Part shown: in pieces, positions 9,773-18,971 of the stretch | How the letters are laid out: the number at the start of each line of letters is the position of its first letter | Position numbering within the stretch: the first letter of the stretch is position 1 | Source of the DNA: an uncultured Pedosphaera sp. | GTDB taxonomy: Bacteria > Verrucomicrobiota > Verrucomicrobiia > Limisphaerales > AAA164-E04 | Direction: 5' to 3' | Assembly (NCBI GenBank): GCA_965214825.1 | Contig: OZ243981.1 | Span: 658,567-722,566, forward strand | Length of the DNA stretch: 64,000 nt | Notes under the pieces: model-generated | Told to the model about the DNA's origin: nothing | Database searches by the model: none | Seen by the model: the letters and a program-made list of their open reading frames with translations, nothing else | Position numbers and translations under genes: made by a program

Positions 9773-9805
9773 CGAAGTTCGCTCAAACGCCGGCGCCAAA
9801 TCCGC

Positions 9806-10837
9806 TCATAATCGGCCGGACGCTCTTTTCAACCGATCCCAAATGCCCTCCCACGCCGCGCCTTCGGGGGGAGACTCGACGAGAATTAGTTCACAGCCGG
9901 CAGCGTCGCAAGCATGAAGCTCGGCAAACAAAGCGCGCGCATATCCTTCGGCATCGCGAGGCGCCGTCGAAACACGCGCAAACCCAGCCGCTGCCGGAAT
10001 CACATTGCGGGCGACGATGCTGATGGCGCTCCGAGCTTGCCCTGTTCGCCGCACAATCTGTTCAAACGCGGCCCGGTCTGCCCATCGTTTGACAATCAGT
10101 TGCGCTTTCGGCGCATAGTGCCGCGCTGCCATTCCCGGACTTCGGGCAATTGCCGCGCCACCCGATTTTCCCGCCGTGCTTTTCTTTTCGACTAGGACGC
10201 CGGCGGCTTGAAGCGCAGCCATATGCACCATTCCCGGACGCAGAACTCTCGCTGGTCGGTTCACCAAATCAACCACTGTGGACTCGATGCCGACCGCCGC
10301 GTCGCCGCCGTCCACCACCAATGGGATGGCCCCGTTCAGTTGCACCAAAACATGCTCAGCCCGGGTCGGAGACAACTCGTTCGAGCGGTTGGCGCTCGGC
10401 GCCGCCAACGGAAACCCGCACTTTTGAATCACAGCCTGCATGAATGGATGACGGGGCCAACGCACAGCCACCGTATCGCCACCCGCTGTAATCTCGTCGG
10501 GAATCAACGCCGCCCGCCGCACCACCAACGTCAACGGCCCCGGCCAAAAAGATTGAGCCAGCCGCGCCGCCGCCTCATCCCATTCCCGAACACACCGTTG
10601 AAGCATCGCCCAACCGACAACATGTACAATCAAAGGATTGCTTTGCGGCCGCCCCTTGACCGCATAAATGCGGCGGACGGATTCCGGCGCCAAGGCATTC
10701 CCCGCCAAACCATAAACGGTCTCCGTCGGCAGCGCCGCCACTTCGCCCGCCAGCAGGATTTCAGAGGCCTTTCTAGTGGCTTGTTCAAAATCCGCTTTCG
10801 ATTGCGCCGAAAGAACCTGGGTGGCGAATCTGTTCAT
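9806..10837 (-). CDS. L-threonylcarbamoyladenylate synthase (Sua5/YwlC/TsaC family, long form)
   Basis: ALPTETVYGLAGNALAPESVRRIYAVKGRPQSNPLIVHV matches the YrdC domain, followed by a Sua5-type C-terminal domain. TGA stop. Confidence 0.88.
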   Translation of the reverse strand: MNRFATQVLSAQSKADFEQATRKASEILLAGEVAALPTETVYGLAGNALAPESVRRIYAVKGRPQSNPLIVHVVGWAMLQRCVREWDEAAARLAQSFWPGPLTLVVRRAALIPDEITAGGDTVAVRWPRHPFMQAVIQKCGFPLAAPSANRSNELSPTRAEHVLVQLNGAIPLVVDGGDAAVGIESTVVDLVNRPARVLRPGMVHMAALQAAGVLVEKKSTAGKSGGAAIARSPGMAARHYAPKAQLIVKRWADRAAFEQIVRRTGQARSAISIVARNVIPAAAGFARVSTAPRDAEGYARALFAELHACDAAGCELILVESPPEGAAWEGIWDRLKRASGRL

Positions 10838-10886
10838 TGACGGTTTAAACTTTCCGCATCAGACTAGGTGCTGCTACGCTTCCGCC

Positions 10887-11921
10887 ATGCTCACTTCTCT
10901 GACGGCGCAACTCAAACAATCCCGCAACCTTTCCCCGGAACAAGTCGCTGAGGCCACCGAGCTTCTCTTCTCCGGCGACATCGCCCCGCCACTCAAAGCG
11001 GAGTTCATGACCGCCTTGGCTCAAAAAGGGGAAACCATCGACGAAATTGCCGCGTTTGCCAAGATTCTGCGCAGCCAAGCCGTTCGCATCCCCCTCTCAG
11101 CCGAATGCCACCGCCGGGAAATTCTGGACGTTTGCGGCACTGGCGGCGACCACCAGAACACCTTCAACATCTCGACCACAGCGGCCATCATCGCCGCCGC
11201 TGCCGGCGCAACAGTGGCTAAACACGGCAACCGAGCGGTTACTTCCCAATCCGGCAGCGCCGATGTTTTGGAAGCTCTGGGCATCCCTATCGACCTCGAC
11301 CCGGAAGTAAGTGCCGCCGCTCTCGAAGAACACGGTTTCGCCTTCTTCTTCGCCCCCAAATGCCACCCCGCATTCAAAAACATTGCCCCGGCCAGAAAAC
11401 TCTGCGCCGAACAAGGGCAACGCACCATTTTCAACTTCCTCGGCCCCCTACTCAACCCAGCCGGCCCCACCGCCCAACTCATCGGCGTGCCCACCCCTAA
11501 CCTCTGCAAACCCATCGCCAAAGCGCTCCAATCCATCGGCATCAGACGGGGCATGGTTGTCTCCGGCAGCGCCGGCGTCAGTTACTTGGATGAATTATCG
11601 ACTCTCGGCACTAACACAATCGCTGAATTTTACCAAGACCGGGGTTTCAGCATCGGCGAACTCGACACCCAAAACCTGCCTGTTCAAGCCGCCCGGCTCA
11701 ATGACCTCAGAGGAGGCAGCAGCAAAACCAACGCCCGGATCATCCGGGACATCCTCGACGGCAAAGACCGAGGCCCCAAACGAGACATTGTCTTGCTCAA
11801 CGCCGGCGCCGCCCTCTTCGTCGCCGGAAAGAGCCGAGCACTCAACGAAGGCTGGGACTTGGCCGCCCGTCTGCTCGACGAGGGAACCGCCGCCGACAAA
11901 CTTGCCAGCCTCAGCAGATGA
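10887..11921 (+). CDS. trpD: anthranilate phosphoribosyltransferase
   Basis: ILDVCGTGGDHQNTFNISTTAAIIAAAAGATVAKHGNRAVTSQSGSADVLEALGI. ATG at 10887 chosen, since the longer ORF from 10776 overlaps the divergent gene. Confidence 0.9.
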   Translation: MLTSLTAQLKQSRNLSPEQVAEATELLFSGDIAPPLKAEFMTALAQKGETIDEIAAFAKILRSQAVRIPLSAECHRREILDVCGTGGDHQNTFNISTTAAIIAAAAGATVAKHGNRAVTSQSGSADVLEALGIPIDLDPEVSAAALEEHGFAFFFAPKCHPAFKNIAPARKLCAEQGQRTIFNFLGPLLNPAGPTAQLIGVPTPNLCKPIAKALQSIGIRRGMVVSGSAGVSYLDELSTLGTNTIAEFYQDRGFSIGELDTQNLPVQAARLNDLRGGSSKTNARIIRDILDGKDRGPKRDIVLLNAGAALFVAGKSRALNEGWDLAARLLDEGTAADKLASLSR

Positions 11922-12046
11922 ATCCGCTCCCTCAAATTATTGACAAAGTCATGTTTGGTATTGACACCAACGGCGGCAACGGGTAATTTCCGCGAAATGC
12001 CTTTGAAATTTTCAGTGTGAAACAAATAAAAAATGTAATCTCGACC

Positions 12047-13429
12047 ATGAAAAAGCAATCCCACAACCCGGCGAACAGCGGTGAAACTCGTCGGAAATTT
12101 ATCAAGAGAGCGGGCGCCGCTGCCGCTGTCGTCGCCTCCTCAAACATCATCAAAACCCCGGTCTACGGCCAAAGCCAAGCGCCGGCCTCGGGACGCGTGA
12201 TCGGCGCCAACGACCGCATCCGCATCGGCTACATCGGCGTCGGCGGACAAGGCCAAGCCCACGTCCGCAACATGAAAAAATACGCGGGCGAAAACAACAT
12301 CGAACAAGTCGCCGTCTGCGACGTTTCCAACACCCGAATGGAGCAAGCTCGAAAGGGAATCGGCCGCAACGTCCCCGGCTACAAAGACCACCGCCAATTG
12401 CTGGAACGCAAAGACATCGACGCCGTCTGCATCGCCACAGTGGACCACTGGCACACCCAAACCGCCATCGACTCCATGGACTCTGGCCGCGATGTTTACG
12501 TTGAGAAGCCGTTAACTCGCTACCTCAACGAAGCCTTCGCCATTTACGACACCGTCAAGCGAACTGGTCGCGTGCTTCAAGTCGGCTCTCAAGGTTGCAG
12601 CGCGAAAAAATACCACAAAGCCGCCGAACTTATCCAAAACAACGCCATCGGCCCCCTGGTCTTGGGGCAAACATCCTACATGCGCAACAATCCCAAAGGC
12701 GAATGGAACTACGCCATCAAAGAATGGGCGACGTCGGCCGACATCAACTGGGACCGCTGGATGGGGCGTGTGAACAAGAAAATCCCCTTCAACCCCGACC
12801 ACTACTTCCGCTGGCGCAAATACTTCCCTTATTGCGCCGGGCTCTTGGGCGACCTCCTGCCCCACTTGGCCCATCCCTTCATCCTGGCCACCGGCAATCC
12901 TGAATTCCCAAGCCGCGTCGTCAGCTTAGGCTCCAAAGCCTGGAAAACCGACCGCAAAACCCCCGGCACTTACGAGCGCGATGTGGATGAAAGCGTTCAA
13001 GTTATTGCCGAGTTTCCCAGCGGCTTTAACCTCATGCTCGCTAGCGCAACCGTCAATGAAAACGGCATGGTGGAAATCATCCGCGGCCATCACGGATCGC
13101 TGGAAATGGGCGGATTAAGCAGCACACGCATCAAACTTGTCCCCGAACGAAAGTTTGCCGATGAAATCGACGTGGAAATCTTCGACAGCCTCCTCCCCGC
13201 AGAAGGCATCCACCACCACGAAAAAAACTGGTTCGACTGCATCCGCACTCGCAAAGAGCCGAACGCCGGCATTGACCTCGCCGTGAAAGTCCAAACCGTC
13301 ATCTCCTTGGCGGAAATGTCAGATCGGCTCAACATCATGTGCCTCTTCGACGAAAAAACCCGCACCGTCACCACTGGCGACGGACAGAAAGTTGAAGAGC
13401 TGGATTACGGCGTCGCTGAGCTGTCCTAA
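12047..13429 (+). CDS. Gfo/Idh/MocA family oxidoreductase with twin-arginine signal
   Basis: TRRKFIKRAGAAAAVVAS is a Tat motif. IRIGYIGVGGQGQAHV is a Rossmann motif. ATG at 12047, with a GTG alternative at 12017. Confidence 0.85.
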   Translation: MKKQSHNPANSGETRRKFIKRAGAAAAVVASSNIIKTPVYGQSQAPASGRVIGANDRIRIGYIGVGGQGQAHVRNMKKYAGENNIEQVAVCDVSNTRMEQARKGIGRNVPGYKDHRQLLERKDIDAVCIATVDHWHTQTAIDSMDSGRDVYVEKPLTRYLNEAFAIYDTVKRTGRVLQVGSQGCSAKKYHKAAELIQNNAIGPLVLGQTSYMRNNPKGEWNYAIKEWATSADINWDRWMGRVNKKIPFNPDHYFRWRKYFPYCAGLLGDLLPHLAHPFILATGNPEFPSRVVSLGSKAWKTDRKTPGTYERDVDESVQVIAEFPSGFNLMLASATVNENGMVEIIRGHHGSLEMGGLSSTRIKLVPERKFADEIDVEIFDSLLPAEGIHHHEKNWFDCIRTRKEPNAGIDLAVKVQTVISLAEMSDRLNIMCLFDEKTRTVTTGDGQKVEELDYGVAELS

Positions 13430-13448
13430 AAACTCGCCCGAACAGCGC

Positions 13449-13484
13449 GGTTCCGCCAGCCCTGCCGCTGGCGGAACCTTTTTT
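13449..13484 (+). terminator. rho-independent terminator after the oxidoreductase gene
   Basis: Perfect 12-bp stem ggttccgccagc / gctggcggaacc with a 6-nt loop, followed by TTTTTT (13479-13484). Confidence 0.8.
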
Positions 13485-13533
13485 GTGCCGTCAAGAGCGG
13501 CTGCCGCGCTTCCCTGCCGAACCTCTTCAGGCA

Positions 13534-14475
13534 ATGCACACTGTAAAACTTGCCCGAGAGGCAATGGCCGCTCGCTTCGAAATCGTTCTCTACGGAGAGA
13601 ACCCCGTCTCGATCCGCGCCGCCGGAGAAGAAGCCTTGGAGGAAATTGACCGAGTGGAAGCACAACTCAGCATCTACCGCCCCGACAGCCAAATCAATCG
13701 CGCTAACCACCGCGCTGCCATCGAACCCGTGCGGCTGGAGCCAACCGTCTTCGAACTTTTACAACGGTGCGAAATCCTGTCCCAGTGGACCGAGGGCGCC
13801 TTCGACATCACACTTGGTCCACTGATGCGTTGCTGGGGATTCATGGGAGACACCGGAGACATCCCGGCGGACGAATCCATCCAAAAAGCCCGCGAATTGG
13901 TTGGAATGCGCCGCATCCAATTGGATCCCGACCGCGCTACAATCCAATTCGACCGAGAAGGCGCGATGCTCGACCTCGGCTCCATCGGCAAGGGATACGC
14001 ACTCGACCGCGCCAAGGAGATTTTGGAAGCCAACGGCGTCCAAAGCGCCCTGCTTCACGGAGGCACCAGCACCGTGGCCACCATCAGCGCCCCGCCAGAT
14101 CAAGATGCCTGGAAAATAGCCCTCGCCCCACCCCGCAAAGAAACCCCGGCATCGCCCCTCGGCGTCGCCAACCTGCGAGGAGAAAGCCTCTCCGTCTCCG
14201 CTGTGTGGGGGAAATCCTTTCGAAGCGTCGGGAAAGAATACGGCCATGTCATTGACGGACGCACCGGCGCTCCCTCAACCGGGGCCACGCTTGCCGCAGT
14301 GCAAATGGACTCCGCCACAGACGCAGACGCCATCTCAACCGCCTTGCTGGTTGACGGGAAAGCAGGGAAAACCTGGCTGAAAAAACATTTCCCCAACCAT
14401 CGTTCTTTCCTGCTGACGCCGGAAGCCCACCAAGGCTTCCGAGTGGAAAACGACGGCTTCGAGCATTTGCCATAA
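13534..14475 (+). CDS. apbE: FAD:protein FMN transferase (ApbE family)
   Basis: AMAARFEIVLYG..LSIYRPDSQINRAN..GAFDITLGPLMRCWGF..LDLGSIGKGYALDRA. ATG at 13534 lies downstream of the terminator. Confidence 0.85.
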   Translation: MHTVKLAREAMAARFEIVLYGENPVSIRAAGEEALEEIDRVEAQLSIYRPDSQINRANHRAAIEPVRLEPTVFELLQRCEILSQWTEGAFDITLGPLMRCWGFMGDTGDIPADESIQKARELVGMRRIQLDPDRATIQFDREGAMLDLGSIGKGYALDRAKEILEANGVQSALLHGGTSTVATISAPPDQDAWKIALAPPRKETPASPLGVANLRGESLSVSAVWGKSFRSVGKEYGHVIDGRTGAPSTGATLAAVQMDSATDADAISTALLVDGKAGKTWLKKHFPNHRSFLLTPEAHQGFRVENDGFEHLP

Positions 14476-14499
14476 CGGAACTCCTCCGCCGGCGGTATC

Positions 14500-15936
14500 T
14501 TACGCAATCAACTCGTGCGCTACTTTGCCGTGCACATCCGTCAGCCGAAAATCGCGGCCGGAGTAATGATAGGTCAAAGCCGTGTGATCCAAGCCCATCA
14601 GATGGAGCAAGGTGGCGTGAAAATCATGTATATGCATCGGTTGCTCGACGACGTTCATCCCAAACTCATCCGACTGCCCATATGAGAAGCCCCGCTTGAC
14701 ACCGCCACCTGCCAAGAGCATGGAAAACGCCGTGTGATGGTGATCGCGCCCCGGCGCTTTCTTGCTCCGAATCTCCGAATACGGCGTCCGGCCAAACTCC
14801 CCGCCCCAAATGACCAAGGTGTCGTCCAACATGCCTCGCGATTTCAAATCGCGAATCAAGGCAGCGGCAGCCTTGTCGCTGTCCGTGCAAAGCGTCTTGT
14901 GGCCTGCATTGTGATTCGTGTGGGTATCCCAAGGTTGATTGCTCTTCATGGTGTAATAAACCGTCACACAGCGAACTCCCGCCTCCGCCAAACGGCGGGC
15001 TACAAGACAGGATTGCGCAAAGGGCGTCGAACCGTAACTTTCCCGGATGTGCTGCGGCTCTCTTTGGACATCGAGTGCGTCCGTCGCGGCGATTTGCATC
15101 CGGTAAGCGGTCTCCATCGCCTCAATCTCGGCTTCCAACGCGGCGTCTTCCGCCCGCTCTTTTCGATGCAACTGGTTCAACCGCCGCGACAAATCCACCT
15201 GTTCGCGCTGTTGCCCTAGGCTAAACCGCGGATTCTTGAGGTAGGTCAACATGGCATCAATCCGCAAATTCGAGGTGTCAATGCTCGTTGCTTGATACTT
15301 TGCCGGGAGAAAGCCATTGCTCCAAAGCGCCGGCCCGACAACGATCTTCGGCGACGGACGCAGAACCACATAGCCCGGAAGATTCTTGTTGGCCGTCCCC
15401 AAGCCATACATCAGCCAGGAGCCGAAGGACGGGCGAATGGGCTGGATGTTGCCGGTGTGCATTTGCAACAACGCCGGCTCGTGGTTCGGAATATCCGTTT
15501 TCATCGACTTGACGATGCAGCAATCGTCGATCACACCAGCCAGTTCAGGGAGTGTCTCGCTCACCTCCAGACCGCTTTGGCCATGCCGTCTGAAGGCAAA
15601 CGGCGAGGGCATGAACCCCGTCGCTTTGGATGCCTTGTAGAGCTTGCCCTCCGGATGTCGGCCTTCGACCCGCTGCAAAGCCGGCTTCGGATCAAATGTG
15701 TCCAACTGCGAAGGCCCGCCGTTCATAAAAAGAAAAATCACCCGCTGGGCTCTCGGCGGCAGGCGGTTCGCCGAGCCGACGGAAAACGGTCTCCCCAAAA
15801 GTTTGGCATTCCCCAACGCGCTCATCAACCCCAATAGGCCAAAGCCGGCAGCAGACCGACCCAACATCTGCCGGCGGCTCATATGGGGAAAATTGCGGAA
15901 GTCTTCTCTAAACTGCATTTGCGTTTTCATCGCCAA
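14500..15936 (-). CDS. DUF1501 domain protein (sulfatase-like, Tat-exported)
   Basis: MSRRQMLGRSAAGFGLLG is a Tat signal. NGGPSQLDTFDPKP and GRDHHHTAFSMLLAGGGVKRG are typical DUF1501 motifs. Translationally adjacent to the DUF1553 gene. Confidence 0.85.
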   Translation of the reverse strand: MAMKTQMQFREDFRNFPHMSRRQMLGRSAAGFGLLGLMSALGNAKLLGRPFSVGSANRLPPRAQRVIFLFMNGGPSQLDTFDPKPALQRVEGRHPEGKLYKASKATGFMPSPFAFRRHGQSGLEVSETLPELAGVIDDCCIVKSMKTDIPNHEPALLQMHTGNIQPIRPSFGSWLMYGLGTANKNLPGYVVLRPSPKIVVGPALWSNGFLPAKYQATSIDTSNLRIDAMLTYLKNPRFSLGQQREQVDLSRRLNQLHRKERAEDAALEAEIEAMETAYRMQIAATDALDVQREPQHIRESYGSTPFAQSCLVARRLAEAGVRCVTVYYTMKSNQPWDTHTNHNAGHKTLCTDSDKAAAALIRDLKSRGMLDDTLVIWGGEFGRTPYSEIRSKKAPGRDHHHTAFSMLLAGGGVKRGFSYGQSDEFGMNVVEQPMHIHDFHATLLHLMGLDHTALTYHYSGRDFRLTDVHGKVAHELIA

Positions 15937-15939
15937 AGT

Positions 15940-17694
15940 TTAATCCAAATACAACGCCTCATTGGCAGTCATCAACGCCTGGGCATACAAATCCCATCGC
16001 GTCTGCGGCTCGCTCCCTCCCTTCAAAAAATCAAGGCCGAGCTTCAACTCCTCCTCGCCGGGCTCCCGGAAATACAAGCATTGGTAAGCTCTCTGGATGC
16101 GTTCCCGGTCGTCCGCCACTTCGCGCTGCAACCGCCGGGCAAAGCTCCGGGCTTGCTCAATCACAAAGCGGCTGTTCAGTGAAAAAAGTTTTTGCAGCGG
16201 CGTCGTGGTTACAGACCGCTTGGCACTGTGGACATTCGGGTCCGGATAATCATAATGCTGCAACAGAGGATTCAACTTCAGCCGGCTCACCCGCCCGTAA
16301 AGCGTTCGGCGATGATTTTCGGGAGCGTCCAGTTCTATAGAGCGCCCGCCCGCATAATCCAAATTCCCCGCAACAAAGAGCAAACTGTCCCGCCACATTT
16401 CCACCGTCAACCGCCGGCGATTCATCCGCCACAGATAGCGGTTTTCCGAATCGACTTTGGCAAAAGCCGCGTTGTGTCGCGAACTCTGCCGGTAAGCTGC
16501 CGAAAGCACTATCTCCCGAACCAACCACTTTGTTGACCAACCCCGCTCCACAAAACGCGCGGCCAAATGCTCCAGCAATTCGGGATGAGACGGCGCCTCG
16601 CCCAACGCACCGAAATTGCTCGCCGTCCGAACCAACCCGCTGCCGAAAAACATTTGCCAAATCCGGTTGACAAACACCTTCGCCGTCAGCGGATTTTCCG
16701 GCGAAGCGATCGCCTCCGCCAACTCCCGCCGCCCGCTGCCCTCGGTAAACCTCGGCGGTTTTCCATCGTAGAACAGACTCAAAAATCGACGCGGCACCGC
16801 CGGCCCCTTCCGCTCGACATCACCACGCACAAAAACATTCAAATCCCTCGGCTCCGCTTCCCGAACGATGTGAACCGTATAAAGTGCTCGCCGCTTGTCC
16901 TCCGCCGTCAACCCCTCCGGCACCTCGCCGTAAGGCGCATTGACCAATTCCGTGCTCGCAAACACGCCGGCCAAAGCATGATAATCCTCAGTCGAAATCG
17001 GATCGAATTTGTGATCATGGCAACGCGCGCAAGCCACCGTCAACCCCAAAAAACCCCGCGTTACCGTGTCCACCCGATCCTCCCACTCATCGGCCATCAC
17101 CTCCAACCGGTTGCGCTGGTAATACTTCGGCCCCAAACCCATAAACCCCAAAGCCGGCAAATCTTCTTTGCGGGCAAAATCATAAAGATCGGCCGCCAAC
17201 TGCAACTTGACAAACCGATCAAACGGCATGTCGGCATTGAACGCATCCACCACCCACTGCCGATACAAATAAGCGTTAGGATAAAACGTCTCCACCTTGG
17301 CATCCACCAAATGCGCCTGATCCTCGGCATACCGCGCCACATTCATCCACATACTCGCCATCCGCACCCCAAAATGAGGCGACCCCAACAGCGCATCCAC
17401 AACCCTTTCGACAGACCTGTCCTCCCCGCGCCAGCATTCCCCCGGCGGCAGTCCCGTCAAATCAAACGACAAACGCCGAAGCAACACCCGCCGCTTTGCC
17501 TCAGGCGCCAGTGCCACCCCACGCTCCTCGGCGGCAGCCTCCACAAACTGGTCAATAACATTCCCCCGCAGCACAGCCGCTTCGCCCCAACCGCCAACCG
17601 CAAAGCCAACCAAAACCAACCACCGCCCGGCGAAACATTCGCCTCCCCAGCATCGCCGAAACCACTTCAGCAAAAACACAAGCAACGCAGCCAT
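15940..17694 (-). CDS. DUF1549/DUF1553 (PSD1-type) domain protein
   Basis: CARCHDHKFDPISTEDYHALAGVF is the hallmark motif, and the gene is classically paired with DUF1501. ATG at 17694 chosen, because the longer ORF to 17865 runs into the IS end. Confidence 0.8.
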   Translation of the reverse strand: MAALLVFLLKWFRRCWGGECFAGRWLVLVGFAVGGWGEAAVLRGNVIDQFVEAAAEERGVALAPEAKRRVLLRRLSFDLTGLPPGECWRGEDRSVERVVDALLGSPHFGVRMASMWMNVARYAEDQAHLVDAKVETFYPNAYLYRQWVVDAFNADMPFDRFVKLQLAADLYDFARKEDLPALGFMGLGPKYYQRNRLEVMADEWEDRVDTVTRGFLGLTVACARCHDHKFDPISTEDYHALAGVFASTELVNAPYGEVPEGLTAEDKRRALYTVHIVREAEPRDLNVFVRGDVERKGPAVPRRFLSLFYDGKPPRFTEGSGRRELAEAIASPENPLTAKVFVNRIWQMFFGSGLVRTASNFGALGEAPSHPELLEHLAARFVERGWSTKWLVREIVLSAAYRQSSRHNAAFAKVDSENRYLWRMNRRRLTVEMWRDSLLFVAGNLDYAGGRSIELDAPENHRRTLYGRVSRLKLNPLLQHYDYPDPNVHSAKRSVTTTPLQKLFSLNSRFVIEQARSFARRLQREVADDRERIQRAYQCLYFREPGEEELKLGLDFLKGGSEPQTRWDLYAQALMTANEALYLD

Positions 17695-17815
17695 AACGCG
17701 TAATTTTACCAAGCAAACCGCAACTTTGACAAGCAGCAACTCCGCAATAACCTTCTTAGGGCTTGATACGGTGCGCGCAGGCTGTCCCTGTGCATTCGTT
17801 GGCGATGTCTCCGTC

Positions 17816-18794
17816 CGCAATAACCTTCTTAGGGCTTGATACGGTGCGCAGATGAACTTAATCAAAGTCTTTGAACGCTTTCCCGACCAGCAATCCTGCT
17901 TTGACTATTTGGAGACCGTCCGCTGGCACGGCAAACCCCAATGCCCCCTCTGCAACAGCCATGATGTCGCCAAAAAGAAGGATAAAAACCGCATTGGCCG
18001 GTGGAATTGCCATGCTTGTAAGAGCAGTTTCAATGTCCTTTCCGGCACCATTTTTCAGGGCACACGCATCCCTCTGCAAAAATGGTTTCTGGCCATTGCT
18101 CTCATCCTCAATGCCAAGAAAAGCCTTTCCAGCTGGCAACTCTCCCGCGATTTGGAGATGAACCAGCCCTCGGCGTGGTATCTGCAAGTGCGGGTGCGCC
18201 TGGCAATGGGGCAGATGCGCAGCAAGAAACTCTTGCGGGGGATTGTCGAGGCCGACGAAACCTTTATCGGAGGGCGCCCCCGCAAACCGAACAAACATTT
18301 CGAAAATCGTCCGCCCAGAGACAAATATACCGACAAAACACCGGTGATTGGAGCAGTCGAACGGGGTGGCCAAGTCAGAGCCCAAGTCAAACACCCGCCC
18401 GGGACGCCTTTGCGCACCAACATTCGGCACCTGATGGCCACTTGGCTGCACAAAAAACGGACTCGCCTGATGACGGATGAAGCCAGGGAGTTCCACAACA
18501 TTGACGCCATTGGCGTGGAACACAAAGTCGTGCGCCATGCCGTTCGCTACGCGCTGGGGGATGTCCCCACCAACACGATTGAAGGGTTTTGGTCTCTGCT
18601 CAAACGCGCTTGGTATGGCAGCCACCATCATTAATTCCAAGGAAGACATGCAGCTCGACCTCTCCGAAGCCACTTGGAAATACAATTACCGCCACAATCC
18701 CAACGCCTTCAGCGCCTTCATCACCGGCTGCTTTAACGATTGACCGACCACCAAAAAAACTCAAAACCCCAAAAGCCTGTAAATAGTTATTGCG
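17816..18794 (+). mobile_element. IS1595-family element, copy 1 (degenerate; extra left IR at 17743-17778)
   Basis: Left end is CGCAATAACCTTCTTAGGGCTT (17816). Right end is AAGCCTGTAAATAGTTATTGCG (ends at 18794). The 36-bp block tccgcaataaccttcttagggcttgatacggtgcgc is present twice (17741 and 17814). No flanking 8-bp duplication. Confidence 0.8.
17852..18743 (+). pseudogene. IS1595-family (ISXO2-like DDE) transposase with a 1-nt insertion frameshift
   Basis: About 93% identical to the intact 296-aa copy at 55943..56833. It reads HHH* (taa at 18632-18634) where copy 2 reads HHHYSKEDMQ. The tail SKEDMQLDLSEATWKYNYRHNPNAFSAFITGCFND continues in the +1 frame. Confidence 0.8.
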
Positions 18795-18847
18795 AACTCG
18801 AGACTTGCCAGACGCCCTTCTTGCCAGCAACCTCCTGTCCATTGAGC

Positions 18848-18934
18848 GCCGATGTGGCGGAATTGGCAGACGCGCCAGACTCAAAATCTGGTGGCCGCAA
18901 GGCCGTGTGGGTTCGACCCCCTCCATCGGTACCA
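18848..18934 (+). tRNA. tRNA-Leu (anticodon CAA), type II with long variable arm, CCA encoded
   Basis: Hand-folded. Acceptor stem is GCCGATG/CATCGGT (one G-U). Anticodon arm is CCAGA-CTCAAAA-TCTGG. Variable arm is tggccgcaaggccgt. T arm is GTGGG-TTCGACC-CCCTC (one mismatch). Ends in ACCA. Confidence 0.85.
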
Positions 18935-18971
18935 CTCAACACCCCATCCCACAGCTCAAGCAACTTAAACC

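Noticed and set aside
17735-18802. A 5-bp direct repeat aactc immediately outside the outer left IR (17738-17742) and the right IR (18795-18799) of IS copy 1, as a possible target duplication.
   Set aside because: The other five elements of this family in the window all have exact 8-bp duplications. A 5-bp match can occur by chance and does not extend to 8 bp.
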